Shown: one piece after another, positions 1-8,876 of the stretch | Layout: each line of letters begins with the position of its first letter | Numbering within the stretch: the stretch's first letter is position 1 | Source of the DNA: an uncultured delta proteobacterium | Lineage (GTDB): Bacteria; Desulfobacterota; Binatia; UBA9968 | Assembly (NCBI GenBank): GCA_963745835.1 | Contig: CAVUZH010000014.1 | Span: 512,001 to 576,000, forward strand | Direction of reading: 5' to 3' | DNA: 64,000 bases | Program-made: the position numbers and the translations under genes | Notes under the pieces: model-generated | The model's database searches: none | Told to the model about the DNA's origin: nothing | What the model saw: the letters and a program-made list of their open reading frames with translations, nothing else

Positions 1-4
1 GATT

Positions 5-1003
5 ATGGCCTCATTCGGTTTAACTCTGGCGAACCGCGGCGTCATTATCGGCGCCGTTACTGTCCCGGAACTTTTCGAAATGGCGAAACGCGGCGAGGAC
101 TCAGGCGCATTCGATGCTGTATGGGTGGGTGACAGCTTGCTGGCAAAACCTCGATTGGAATCGATTACGCTATTGTCAGCTCTCGCCGTTGTCACGAAAA
201 GAGTTCGCTTAGCCGTCGGCTGTATGGCGACATTTCCGCAGCGTCATCCGGCTTTGCTTGCGCAGCAATGGGCCAGTTTGGATGTCATTTCAGCCGGCCG
301 CGCCTGGTTGGCCGTATGTTTGGGCGGTCCCAACGAGCAGAGTCCGGCGCAAGCTCTCGAGCACCGGGTGATGGGGATCAAGGACACTGAGCGCGTTGGC
401 CGATTAGAGGAGGGCATCACCATCCTGCGCAAGCTCTTCCACGAAGAAAACGCCTCGCACAAGGGGCGGTTCTATGAATTCGAAGGCGTAACGATTCAAC
501 CGCGCCCGGTGCAAAACCCACTGCCGATCTGGATTGCCAGCAATCCCACCGGCCTGACCTGGAAAGACGGCGCCAGCGCGCCTTCGCCCGCGGTGGAACG
601 CGGTTTACGGCGCGTGGCAAAATTTGCCGACGGGTGGATGACCAACAAAGTCACCCCCGAAGAATTTAAATCTCAATGGCAGCGAATTCTGGAGATGGCC
701 AAAGAAGAAGGCCGCGATCCGTCCAAGATCGGCAGCTCGCTATACCATAACATCAACATCAAAGAAGACCGCCAAGTAGCGCTAAATGAAAGCAAAGCCT
801 TTCTCGACAAGTACTATACGTCGAACTTCAGCATGAAGTTCGTCGAAGGCTTCACCACCGCAGGCACTCCGAAGCAGTGCATCGAAGAGCTTAAAGCTTA
901 TTTCGCCGCCGGCATTGAGCACATCACCTTGAGAATGACCTCCTGGGACCAGACCGGACAAATGAAGCGTTTCCTTGAAGAAGTAGCGCCGGCCTTTCAT
1001 TAA
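5..1003 (+). CDS. LLM-class (luciferase-like) flavin/F420-dependent oxidoreductase
   Basis: AVWVGDS, RVRLAVG, WASLDVISAGR, PIWIA, ADGW and GTP..C motifs typical of LLM TIM barrels. Confidence 0.9.
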   Translation: MASFGLTLANRGVIIGAVTVPELFEMAKRGEDSGAFDAVWVGDSLLAKPRLESITLLSALAVVTKRVRLAVGCMATFPQRHPALLAQQWASLDVISAGRAWLAVCLGGPNEQSPAQALEHRVMGIKDTERVGRLEEGITILRKLFHEENASHKGRFYEFEGVTIQPRPVQNPLPIWIASNPTGLTWKDGASAPSPAVERGLRRVAKFADGWMTNKVTPEEFKSQWQRILEMAKEEGRDPSKIGSSLYHNINIKEDRQVALNESKAFLDKYYTSNFSMKFVEGFTTAGTPKQCIEELKAYFAAGIEHITLRMTSWDQTGQMKRFLEEVAPAFH

Positions 1004-1020
1004 TCAGCGAGCTTGAAACT

Positions 1021-1801
1021 ATGTTTCTGGAAATCGATCATCTGGTAATTGTCGTGAAAGATCTTCAGCAGGCGGCCAATGACTACCAACAGTTAGGCTT
1101 CACAGGAGTTCCCGGCGGCAAACATCCTGTGGGCAGCCATAACGTGCTGATCTCGTTTGCCGATGGATCCTATCTCGAGGTGATCGCATTTTATCGTGAG
1201 GCGATCGATCATCGCTGGTGGCAGCCGTTACAAAAAGGCGAACGGTTGGTCGATTATTGCATGCAGACCGATGATCTTCAGGGCGATACTCTGAAACTGC
1301 GCGAAGCCGGAGTTGCGATAAATGACCCGGTGCCCTGGTCGCGTACTCGCCCCGATGGCTACGAATTGAAATGGATACTTTCTCTGGCGACGGGTGCGCA
1401 TCGGGGTGTAGCGCCGTTTCTGATCCAGGACGTAACGCCACGTACCGAGCGCATTCCCCAACAGTTCGACCACAAAAACGGCGCCGTTGGAATCAACACC
1501 GTCACGATAGCCGTCGATGAGCTGTCGCAAGTTGACCGCTGGTATAGCGCGGTGCTGGGGCAGAGTGGCAAGCCGATTGTCCGAACAGAACTTGGAGCCG
1601 AAGGTTTGAGTTTTTCTATCGGTACAACATACCGTAGAATTTCTCAAGCCATCGAATGCATCGAGTCCGCTGATAAACTGGATAAGCACCTATGGACCAT
1701 CCCCCTACTCCGCCACTCTCTGGAGTCGTGTCGCTGAGGCTAAGCCATTGGAGCAAAGTTTAACGCACGGCGCTAATCTATATTTCGACGGCGCAGAATG
1801 A
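1021..1801 (+). CDS. VOC/glyoxalase-like (Glyoxalase_3) protein, frameshift near 1625
   Basis: IDHLVIVV, GGKH, SYLEVI, PFLIQD, H.NGA motifs; the plausible C-terminus (HTVEFLKP...GPSPYS...LTHGANLYFDGAE*) lies in another frame ending at TGA 1799-1801. Confidence 0.8.
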
Positions 1802-2187
1802 TCCATCGTACCAAGCCAGCTAACTGAGTTCCATTCGTAGATCAGCGCCACAACTATGAGTACTGAAAGCCCAACAAATTTTTCCTATTCGGTTGATCCT
1901 TCTCTTCGCTCCTTGCCATAATCTCCGTGACATCGTTGAGAGCCCAAGGCTGAAACTCGGGGTTCATTTTTCTTGAGCGTAAAGCAGGGTAGCGGCACTC
2001 GCGCTGGTCTGGCGGCTTCCATGCTCTTGTAGTCACTCAAATGCCTATAACTTCCAAAGAACGCCAAAAGTCTTAACGCTTGACGCCATGTCGGATATTT
2101 TTTCGAGTTTTTTGTGAAAATTTATTGATTCTTCTATGATGAAATGATTTCTTGCGTGTAAGAGGTAATCAATCATAGGAGCTACCT

Positions 2188-2337
2188 ATGAATAAACAAG
2201 AAATTCAGGAGAAAATTAGATACTCGTCGATATCGCATGCCCGCACGCATGGGATCATCTCGAAAGAGGAAGCGGACTTCTTGCTGAATGAATACATGAA
2301 GGAGTATAAGGACGCGCATCCGCGTCCTGAAAAATGA
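2188..2337 (+). CDS. small hypothetical protein (49 aa, MNKQEIQEKIRY...)
   Basis: AGGAG RBS at 2177-2181, ATG 2188, TGA 2335-2337; below the ORF-track cutoff. Confidence 0.5.
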   Translation: MNKQEIQEKIRYSSISHARTHGIISKEEADFLLNEYMKEYKDAHPRPEK

Positions 2338-2895
2338 TTGTTGGATGTGCCTCAATCATCAGCTCTTCTTCAGAGCCTTTTACACTGCGAATCTTTGGTG
2401 CGGTAGTAATATTCCTACACTTGCATAGCCTTATCTGGTTCTAAATTTTACTTTTTCGCATAGTGTAAGCTTACCGCTTCCGCTCTCGCTTTAAATTCCG
2501 GGATTGTTTCCAGGTCATAGGCGGATTTATCCAGATTCGCCCAGACTTCGGCACTACGTTCCTCGCGTCCATCAGCCAGGATGCAACTATTAGGTTTGCT
2601 TGCTAGGTTTGTTTGCGCGAGATTGAGTAAGGCGATGAACGGAATTCCACCTACTTTTTAAGGACCCGCGCAATGCGGTGGTTCCACTAAAAGTGTTTGG
2701 TGTGTTCGTACTCTCCTCTTTCCTCCTTCCAGCGGTTTCCCCATGAAGTTTATTGTCATGTTATTTTGTTAATGATAATTTTTTGTCTCGACGTTTGGTT
2801 GCGGGAGCGATATCAGGTGTCCGCTCCGGCTCTAAGACCTCAAGCGGGAGTGCTCTACTATTTAATTGTCGGCCTTGTGTAAAATCTTGTCAAAA

Positions 2896-3053
2896 TTAGG
2901 TCGGTAGAAAACTCTTGACGGTCAAAGCCACCCAAGCGTGGCTCTGCCGATGAGCTTCCCGACTTCACGTGTAATCAAGCCCGGCTTGTAGAGTTTGCGG
3001 GCTCTGACCTTCAGAGAGGCGAGCTTTTTGAGCCTATACGAAGATTGTTTCAT
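2896..3053 (-). pseudogene. phage-like small helix-turn-helix protein, frameshifted
   Basis: MKQSSYRLKKLASLKVRARKLYKPGLITREVGKLIGR, then SHAWVALTVKS in a shifted frame; matches an HTH pattern G.T.REVG..GRS..WV. Confidence 0.55.
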
Positions 3054-3451
3054 TACTTAAGTTATTGATCATGTGCAAAAATCTGTAGAGGGATAACTGG
3101 ACAGGCGGGAAGATTGCGAGTTAGACAATCTATTTTGACGTTGTTAAAGGCCCAACATCTCTGTCGAGCGTTAGCCTTATATCCTTTTGATCAAATCGCG
3201 GATGATTAACTCTGGTCGAACAGTTTTGCTTTCTCTGTCGCAGGATACGCCCAAAATCCGGTCGCTGTAAATTCGAATGACTGCTATCTCTCGATCATCA
3301 GTGAAGAGAAAAAGCGCTTGCGCAAGCATACTTCCGACAATGGCGACAATTATAAGCGTGTAGAAATGGCCGGAATTGAAGGCGCAAAAAGCTGGGTAGA
3401 TTTAGCCTGTAATTGAGGTGGGTAGTTGTTCGATGCCGATGAAGCATAACA

Positions 3452-3691
3452 TTATGCGACAGATGCAGGTAATTTACATGCTTGTATGAGGTCGTCATCA
3501 ATCCATCTTTTCGCGATCTGAAGGCCGTAACCTTCAGCTTCTTCTCTGCTAGGAAATATTTCGTTTATTTTAAAGGTGTGGAGAATGCCGTGAGCTTTCG
3601 TACTGATGCGAAACTCCGGCGTGAAGCCGTCAGGGTCAAGCCTAGCCCAGGCGCTGATCAGAATACTATGAGCTTTATACTGGTGCTCCAT
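3452..3691 (-). CDS. hypothetical protein (79 aa)
   Basis: AAGGAG RBS; C-terminal F.S.EEAE..G..IAK.WID motif resembles that of the neighbouring ORF. Confidence 0.7.
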   Translation of the reverse strand: MEHQYKAHSILISAWARLDPDGFTPEFRISTKAHGILHTFKINEIFPSREEAEGYGLQIAKRWIDDDLIQACKLPASVA

Positions 3692-3735
3692 TGGCGATGC
3701 TCCTTACTGGTGCAAAAACTTTACGGCCGGGCGTT

Positions 3736-3972
3736 TCAAAGCTTGTCTGCCCAACTCCGGCCTATCAAAAATCCAGCTGAAATGGCTTCTGTTTCAGTTG
3801 AAAAAAGTAAAGTATCAAGTTCGGGGAATCTATGAAACTGAACCATCCCGTGCTCTCGCCAAGCGACAAAGGCATAAGGAACCCACATGTTTGAAACAGA
3901 TTTGGGCTGAGATGTTATCAGGCAGGAACCGTAGAATTCTGTGCTGATATGAACGTTTGTCGCGGCGTACAT
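3736..3972 (-). CDS. hypothetical protein (78 aa), probable paralog of 3452-3691
   Basis: AAAGGA RBS before ATG 3972 (MYAATN...); C-terminal FSTETEAISAGFLIGRSWAD. Confidence 0.65.
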   Translation of the reverse strand: MYAATNVHISTEFYGSCLITSQPKSVSNMWVPYAFVAWREHGMVQFHRFPELDTLLFSTETEAISAGFLIGRSWADKL

Positions 3973-4139
3973 ACCAATGGTCCTTTCTTCGGGGTCTATC
4001 CGATGATGACATTTTAGGGTAGTGCGGATGTGCTGTCTGTATAGAATTGAACAATGCTTAAGGCGGAATCTCGACCCTTTTGACCATTTTTGAGCAAACC
4101 TAGGTTTTTGAAGAAGCCAACAAAAACCGCATATCAGAG

Positions 4140-4287
4140 CGCGGCCTTTCACGTAAACCGGAGCGGCGATTATCAGAACTCCTACCACTTCCTCCACGAG
4201 CGGCATGTCCGGCGTAATTCCGTAGCCTCCTAGTACAGCCATAAGGCCGGACATAATGAGGGCGGCGAGAGCTTTAGCGATCGCCAT
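4140..4287 (-). pseudogene. holin-like small membrane protein remnant
   Basis: About 48 aa with two hydrophobic segments (AKALAALIMSGLMAVLGG; VVGVLIIAAPVYV), directly after a lysin-like fragment; no stop codon at the expected end. Confidence 0.4.
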
Positions 4288-4312
4288 TTTTATTTTTTGG
4301 TTGGTAAGCCCT

Positions 4313-4500
4313 TTAAAGCATTGCCTTGATGATTGTCGTTTTAGGAATGTTTAAATCTTCACAGACTCGGCGAACATAGTTTTCCTTTTCAATTTTTGGC
4401 GAGTTGGAAGCGTAAGTTCGGATGAATTTATCCATCGTCATCTCCGGCATGTAGTGGGGAATCATCCTGCCGTTCATTGCGGATCGAAGTAACCGGAACC
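4313..4500 (-). pseudogene. C-terminal fragment of a phage lysozyme-like/endolysin-like protein
   Basis: FRLLRSAMNGRMIPHYMPEMTMDKFIRTYASNSPKIEKENYVRRVCEDLNIPKTTIIKAML*; in-frame stop just upstream, so 5'-truncated. Confidence 0.4.
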
Positions 4501-4613
4501 TCCCGCAAGATATTCAAGAAGATGAGGGAGCCGATAATCATCAGCAATTTGACAGAGGAAGATCTCTCTATTAGTTTCGTCGGTTAGGAAATATTTCGCA
4601 CCGGAGTAGATTG

Positions 4614-5303
4614 ATGACCATACAAGAAAACCTCGCTTTGGCGTGCCGGATTTTAGCCATGCACGGGCATAACGATTTTATCTACGGCCATGTATCGGCG
4701 CTGACGGACACTCCCGGGCAATATTGGATCAAGGGGTCCGGGATTGGCTTGGAGGAAGTTACCGAGGACGATCTCGTTCTTATCGATTTCGCAGGCAACA
4801 AGATCTCCGGCAAACGCAAACGGCACAATGAATTTCCGATTCACAGCGAAGTTTATCGGACCAACCCTGAAATCCGCTGCGTCATTCACACGCACCCGGT
4901 CTACTCCACAATTATCGCCTCTTCGGAACACCGTCTCCTGCCGATCACCAATATGAGCTGCGCTTTCTATCCGCCGGCATTGAAAAAGTTCGAGGAATCA
5001 TCCGATCTCATAGTCACGCCCGAGCAAGGGATTGCCGTTGCCGCATTGCTGGGCGAGCACAAGATCGTCCTGCTGCGCAATCATGGGATCGTCGTCGCGG
5101 CTGGCTCCATCGAGGAAGCCTGCGTCCGCGGCGTGCTCCTCGAGCACAGCGCCAAGACACAAGTTGCCGCGGCATCCATGGGGGCTTTCTCCTGGGCGAC
5201 CGACACCGAGGCACTGCTCAAGCGGAAACGCTTTTACCACCCCGATGCGGTGCACAATCTGTGGGAATACTTCGGCAGGCAACTCCGTCGCGAACAAAGA
5301 TAG
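4614..5303 (+). CDS. class II aldolase/adducin family protein
   Basis: GHVSA, EFPIHSEVY, VIHTHP, LLRNHG zinc-binding His motifs. Confidence 0.92.
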   Translation: MTIQENLALACRILAMHGHNDFIYGHVSALTDTPGQYWIKGSGIGLEEVTEDDLVLIDFAGNKISGKRKRHNEFPIHSEVYRTNPEIRCVIHTHPVYSTIIASSEHRLLPITNMSCAFYPPALKKFEESSDLIVTPEQGIAVAALLGEHKIVLLRNHGIVVAAGSIEEACVRGVLLEHSAKTQVAAASMGAFSWATDTEALLKRKRFYHPDAVHNLWEYFGRQLRREQR

Positions 5304-5672
5304 TTCATCTGTCGCAATCTCGTAAGCTGCAGGTCTTCTTAGTATTGAACTCGAAGATTTTCTGACTCTCCTAAAAAACTACGCGGCACCCTCCAGATTC
5401 ATGCGCATGTCGATTGTTCACCGTAGGACGATCTAAATCCGGTGCCTCGGAATTGACCCTGATGCCACGAGACTCGGGCATTTTTCGACACCGTCTCGTA
5501 ACAATTGCGCTGCTTCTTTTCTTGCACCAGGGCTGTCATCCCAACACTCTGCCTCGAAATACCTTGCTATTAATGGCTGGTTCATGTGGGCGAACAGAAC
5601 TGAATGTTGTTGACCACTGCAGCGGGATGAGATAGGCATGATCCGCACGAAAAAAATGTCTAGGAGATCGAC

Positions 5673-7172
5673 ATGCTTGAAGCTTTCGTCAGTGGGTTTT
5701 GGCAAGTCGTAGCGTGGCCGGCTTTCGGCTACATGTTGGTAGGTATCTTCATCGGGTTCTGGGTCGGCTTGCTTCCCGGCATCGGCGGCTTATCGACTCT
5801 TGCACTGATGCTACCCTTCTCCTATTCAATCAAAGACCCGATTTCCGCGTTTGCCTTTCTCCTGGGCATGCTCGCGGTCACCGGCACGACCGGCGATCTT
5901 ACTTCGATTTTATTCGGCATCCCTGGCGAGGGTTCATCCGCCGCGCTGATACTCGACGGTTATCCCATGTCTAAGAACGGCGAAGCCGGACGCGCGCTCG
6001 GAGCCGCGATCACAGCTTCAGTCTTAGGATCCTTGATCGGCGCTTTTTCGCTCGCCATTTCTATTCCGATTATGCGTCCGCTTGTCCTACTCTTCGGTTC
6101 GCCGGAGTTGTTCATAATAGCGATCATGGGTATCACATTCATCGGCACCCTGGCCGGGCCGTCGCTGATCAAGGGTCTGCTGGCCGGCGGTATAGGACTG
6201 ATGCTGGCAGCGATCGGCGTCGATCCGCAGACCGGCTCCCTGCGCTATACCTTCGGCAGTCTCTATTTGTGGGATCGGCTCGATCTCATTCCCGTCGTCG
6301 TTGGCTTGTTTGCCATACCTGAGATCGTCGATCTTGCTGTGCGCGGCACCAGCATCTCCGGTGGCAAAACAGGCAAGTTAACCGGGGTTATGGATGGGGT
6401 CAAAGATACGTTTCGCCATTTTTGGCTGGTGGTTCGTTGCAGCCTGATCGGCGTCTACTTCGGCGTCCTACCGGTTTTGGGCGCCAACGTCGCTCAATGG
6501 ATTTCCTACGCGCATGCGGTACAGGGATTGAAGGATAAATCGCGAGCCGGCAAAGGCGCCATCGAAGGCCTGCTCGGTCCTGGCGCGGCGAACAATTCAA
6601 CCCGCGGCGGCGACCTCATCCCGACAATTGCTTTTGGCATTCCTGGTAGCGGCGCCATGGCGCTGTTACTCGGCGCCATGTTGATCGTCGGACTCAACCC
6701 CGGTCCGGAAATGCTCAAATCACGCCTCGATGTTACCTTTGCGATGGTTTGGGTGTTGATTATCGCCAATCTGATCGTCGCCGGAGTTTGTTTCATCTTT
6801 TTAAATCACCTGGCGTCGCTCACATTCATTCGTGGATCACTGCTGATCCCATTCCTGATGTTCCTGGTCTTTATTGGCTCCTTTACCGCCAATAACGACA
6901 TCACCGATGTGGTATTCACGATTACCTTCGGGATCATCGGCTATTTCATGGTCAAATATGGCTGGCCTCGTCCACCACTGATATTGGGCTTGACCCTAGG
7001 TAAAATAGCAGAGAATTACTTGTGGATTTCCACCGCCGCTTACGGCGCAAAGTGGCTGCTCTTCCCGACGGTTGCAGGGCTCATCGCATTAACAGTGTTC
7101 ACCGTTGCTTATCCGACCATCAAAGAACGGCTGGGTAAAGCGAAATACGAACGGCCTGAGGACGCGGTGTAG
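5673..7172 (+). CDS. tctA: tripartite tricarboxylate transporter large permease (TctA family)
   Basis: GLLPGIG, SILFGIPG, DGYPM, IPTIAFGIPGS, GLNPGP motifs; polytopic membrane protein. Confidence 0.92.
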   Translation: MLEAFVSGFWQVVAWPAFGYMLVGIFIGFWVGLLPGIGGLSTLALMLPFSYSIKDPISAFAFLLGMLAVTGTTGDLTSILFGIPGEGSSAALILDGYPMSKNGEAGRALGAAITASVLGSLIGAFSLAISIPIMRPLVLLFGSPELFIIAIMGITFIGTLAGPSLIKGLLAGGIGLMLAAIGVDPQTGSLRYTFGSLYLWDRLDLIPVVVGLFAIPEIVDLAVRGTSISGGKTGKLTGVMDGVKDTFRHFWLVVRCSLIGVYFGVLPVLGANVAQWISYAHAVQGLKDKSRAGKGAIEGLLGPGAANNSTRGGDLIPTIAFGIPGSGAMALLLGAMLIVGLNPGPEMLKSRLDVTFAMVWVLIIANLIVAGVCFIFLNHLASLTFIRGSLLIPFLMFLVFIGSFTANNDITDVVFTITFGIIGYFMVKYGWPRPPLILGLTLGKIAENYLWISTAAYGAKWLLFPTVAGLIALTVFTVAYPTIKERLGKAKYERPEDAV

Positions 7173-7315
7173 TCAATCCCTTCTCGGCCGAGTAGCGGAT
7201 GTACTCGGCCTCGTGCGGGTCACGTCAAGACCGCAGTGACTGGACCACCGCGGTCCGTCAACTGCTCTAATCTTCAGCAAATAACCCTACACCACGGCCA
7301 CTCAGTGCCCTGCGC

Positions 7316-7693
7316 ATGATCAGGTTATTTCCGCTTCTAATCAGCTTCCTAATGCTCCACAGCTGGGTGATACCCGTCTATGGTCAAGATCAACCAAAGA
7401 CAGGGATCAAAGAGATCGCCATCGAGGAATTACCCAGTGAAGCGCGAACGACTCTGCGGTTGATCGAAAAAAGCGGGCCCTTTCCGTATCAACGCGACGG
7501 CGCCGTGTTCGGCAATTTCGAGCGCCGCCTGCCGATCAAAAAACGCGGTTACTATCGAGAATTTACCGTACCGACGCCGGGGCGTCGTGATCGGGGCGCC
7601 AGGCGTATTGTCGCCGGTGAAAACGGTGAATGCTATTATACCGAGGATCATTACCGGACATTCCGCAAAATTCGCAAAGGCTTGTCACCATGA
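7316..7693 (+). CDS. secreted guanyl-specific ribonuclease (RNase Sa/barnase/N1-T1 family)
   Basis: Signal peptide; GPFPY.RDG.VFGNFE..LP, YYREFTV.TPG..DRGARRIV, YYT.DHY.TF. Confidence 0.93.
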   Translation: MIRLFPLLISFLMLHSWVIPVYGQDQPKTGIKEIAIEELPSEARTTLRLIEKSGPFPYQRDGAVFGNFERRLPIKKRGYYREFTVPTPGRRDRGARRIVAGENGECYYTEDHYRTFRKIRKGLSP

Positions 7694-8124
7694 GCGAAAG
7701 AAAGCTCGCTAATGTCGAACAATCCGATGTCTGCCAGCTGACCGGCGATCCGGACAAAATCGAGCAAGCGGCCGCAGGTGCCGGGCTTACGGTGATTAGA
7801 ATCGACCTGAAGGGCCTTGCCAGCAAATCAGGCCTTCTCGGCCGCGTAGCACGGGCGCTCAACTTCCCTGACTGGTTTGGCAAGAACTGGGATGCTCTCA
7901 ATGACTGCCTGACCGATCTTTCCTGGCTCGATGGCCGAGGCTGGGTGATCATCTTTGAAAACTCGAAACATCTGGCGGCACGTAAACCTCAAGTATTTCA
8001 CAGCGCCGTAGAGGTGTTCCAATCTGCCAACGATTATTGGCGCCAAGCTGGCAAGCCTTTTTGGGTGTTATTCCACGGCCCGAGCGATTGGGTCACCGGC
8101 CTGGAAAGATTCGACGAATACTGA
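7690..8124 (+). CDS. barstar-family ribonuclease inhibitor
   Basis: FPDWFGKNWDALNDCLTDLSW signature; ATGA overlap with the RNase stop. Confidence 0.93.
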   Translation: MSERKLANVEQSDVCQLTGDPDKIEQAAAGAGLTVIRIDLKGLASKSGLLGRVARALNFPDWFGKNWDALNDCLTDLSWLDGRGWVIIFENSKHLAARKPQVFHSAVEVFQSANDYWRQAGKPFWVLFHGPSDWVTGLERFDEY

Positions 8125-8257
8125 TCTTCGCGCGACCCCGGACGAGCTTGTATTAACAGAAGCAGGCCGGATCGGGTATTGCCGGCTCAAAACTGCTGTG
8201 CCATGAAGCCCAATGGAACAACGCCGTTCGCGGGAACGCAAAACAAAGGAGGACAAT

Positions 8258-8699
8258 ATGAGAAAACTGTTACTGGCGTTCGCGATGTGGTTTGCTCTCT
8301 CGGGCCTTGCCATGGCAGCAGTGAATATCAATACGGCGACCAAAGAAGAGCTCACCAGCATAAAAGGATTGGCGAGAAACGCGCGCAGGATATTATCGAT
8401 TACCGAATCAAAAACGGGAATTTCAAATCGGTGGATGATCTGGAAAAAGTTTTGGGATAGGTCCCGGCCTGATGAAACAAATCCGGCCGCAGCTGACTAC
8501 CACCGGCAAGACCGTGATCGATCAACCGGCCAAAAAAGGAGCCAAGAGCAAGGCTTCCGATTCAGGTAAATCAACCAAGAGCTCTGAATCCAAGAAAAGC
8601 GGATCGGCCTAAAACTGAATCACCGAAAGCTGATGCGACCAAGGCCGAGCGCGCGAAGGAGAAGACTGCCGAGAAGTCCAAATCGGCGGAAAAAAGTAA
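8258..8699 (+). pseudogene. comEA: ComEA-like helix-hairpin-helix DNA-binding protein with three single-base frameshifts
   Basis: GGAGG RBS; signal peptide, VNINTATKEEL..IKG/IGEKRAQDIIDYR...F.SVDDL..V/GIGP, Lys-rich tail; indels in short G/A runs near 8367, 8456 and 8598. Confidence 0.85.
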
Positions 8700-8718
8700 C
8701 TCTTGCGGTTTTTAACCG

Positions 8719-8760
8719 ACAACCCCGTCTCGAGTTGTGTGCTCCGGCGGGGTTGTTTTC
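8719..8760 (+). terminator. rho-independent terminator
   Basis: ACAACCCCGTC...GGCGGGGTTGT stem followed by T run. Confidence 0.6.
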
Positions 8761-8876
8761 TCCCCGCGCGCAATGACCATAATCTGAACGGTTCAACGTT
8801 CAATACTCGTACAAATCTCTACGCGAGAACGGGCTTCCACTGCGATCCGATTCATGGATTGAAAAGTCGTGCTCGG

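Noticed and set aside
3736-4287. Single 183-aa protein as given in the ORF track
   Set aside because: Looks like a chance fusion of a holin-like relic, non-coding-like sequence and a separate gene with its own RBS at 3972.
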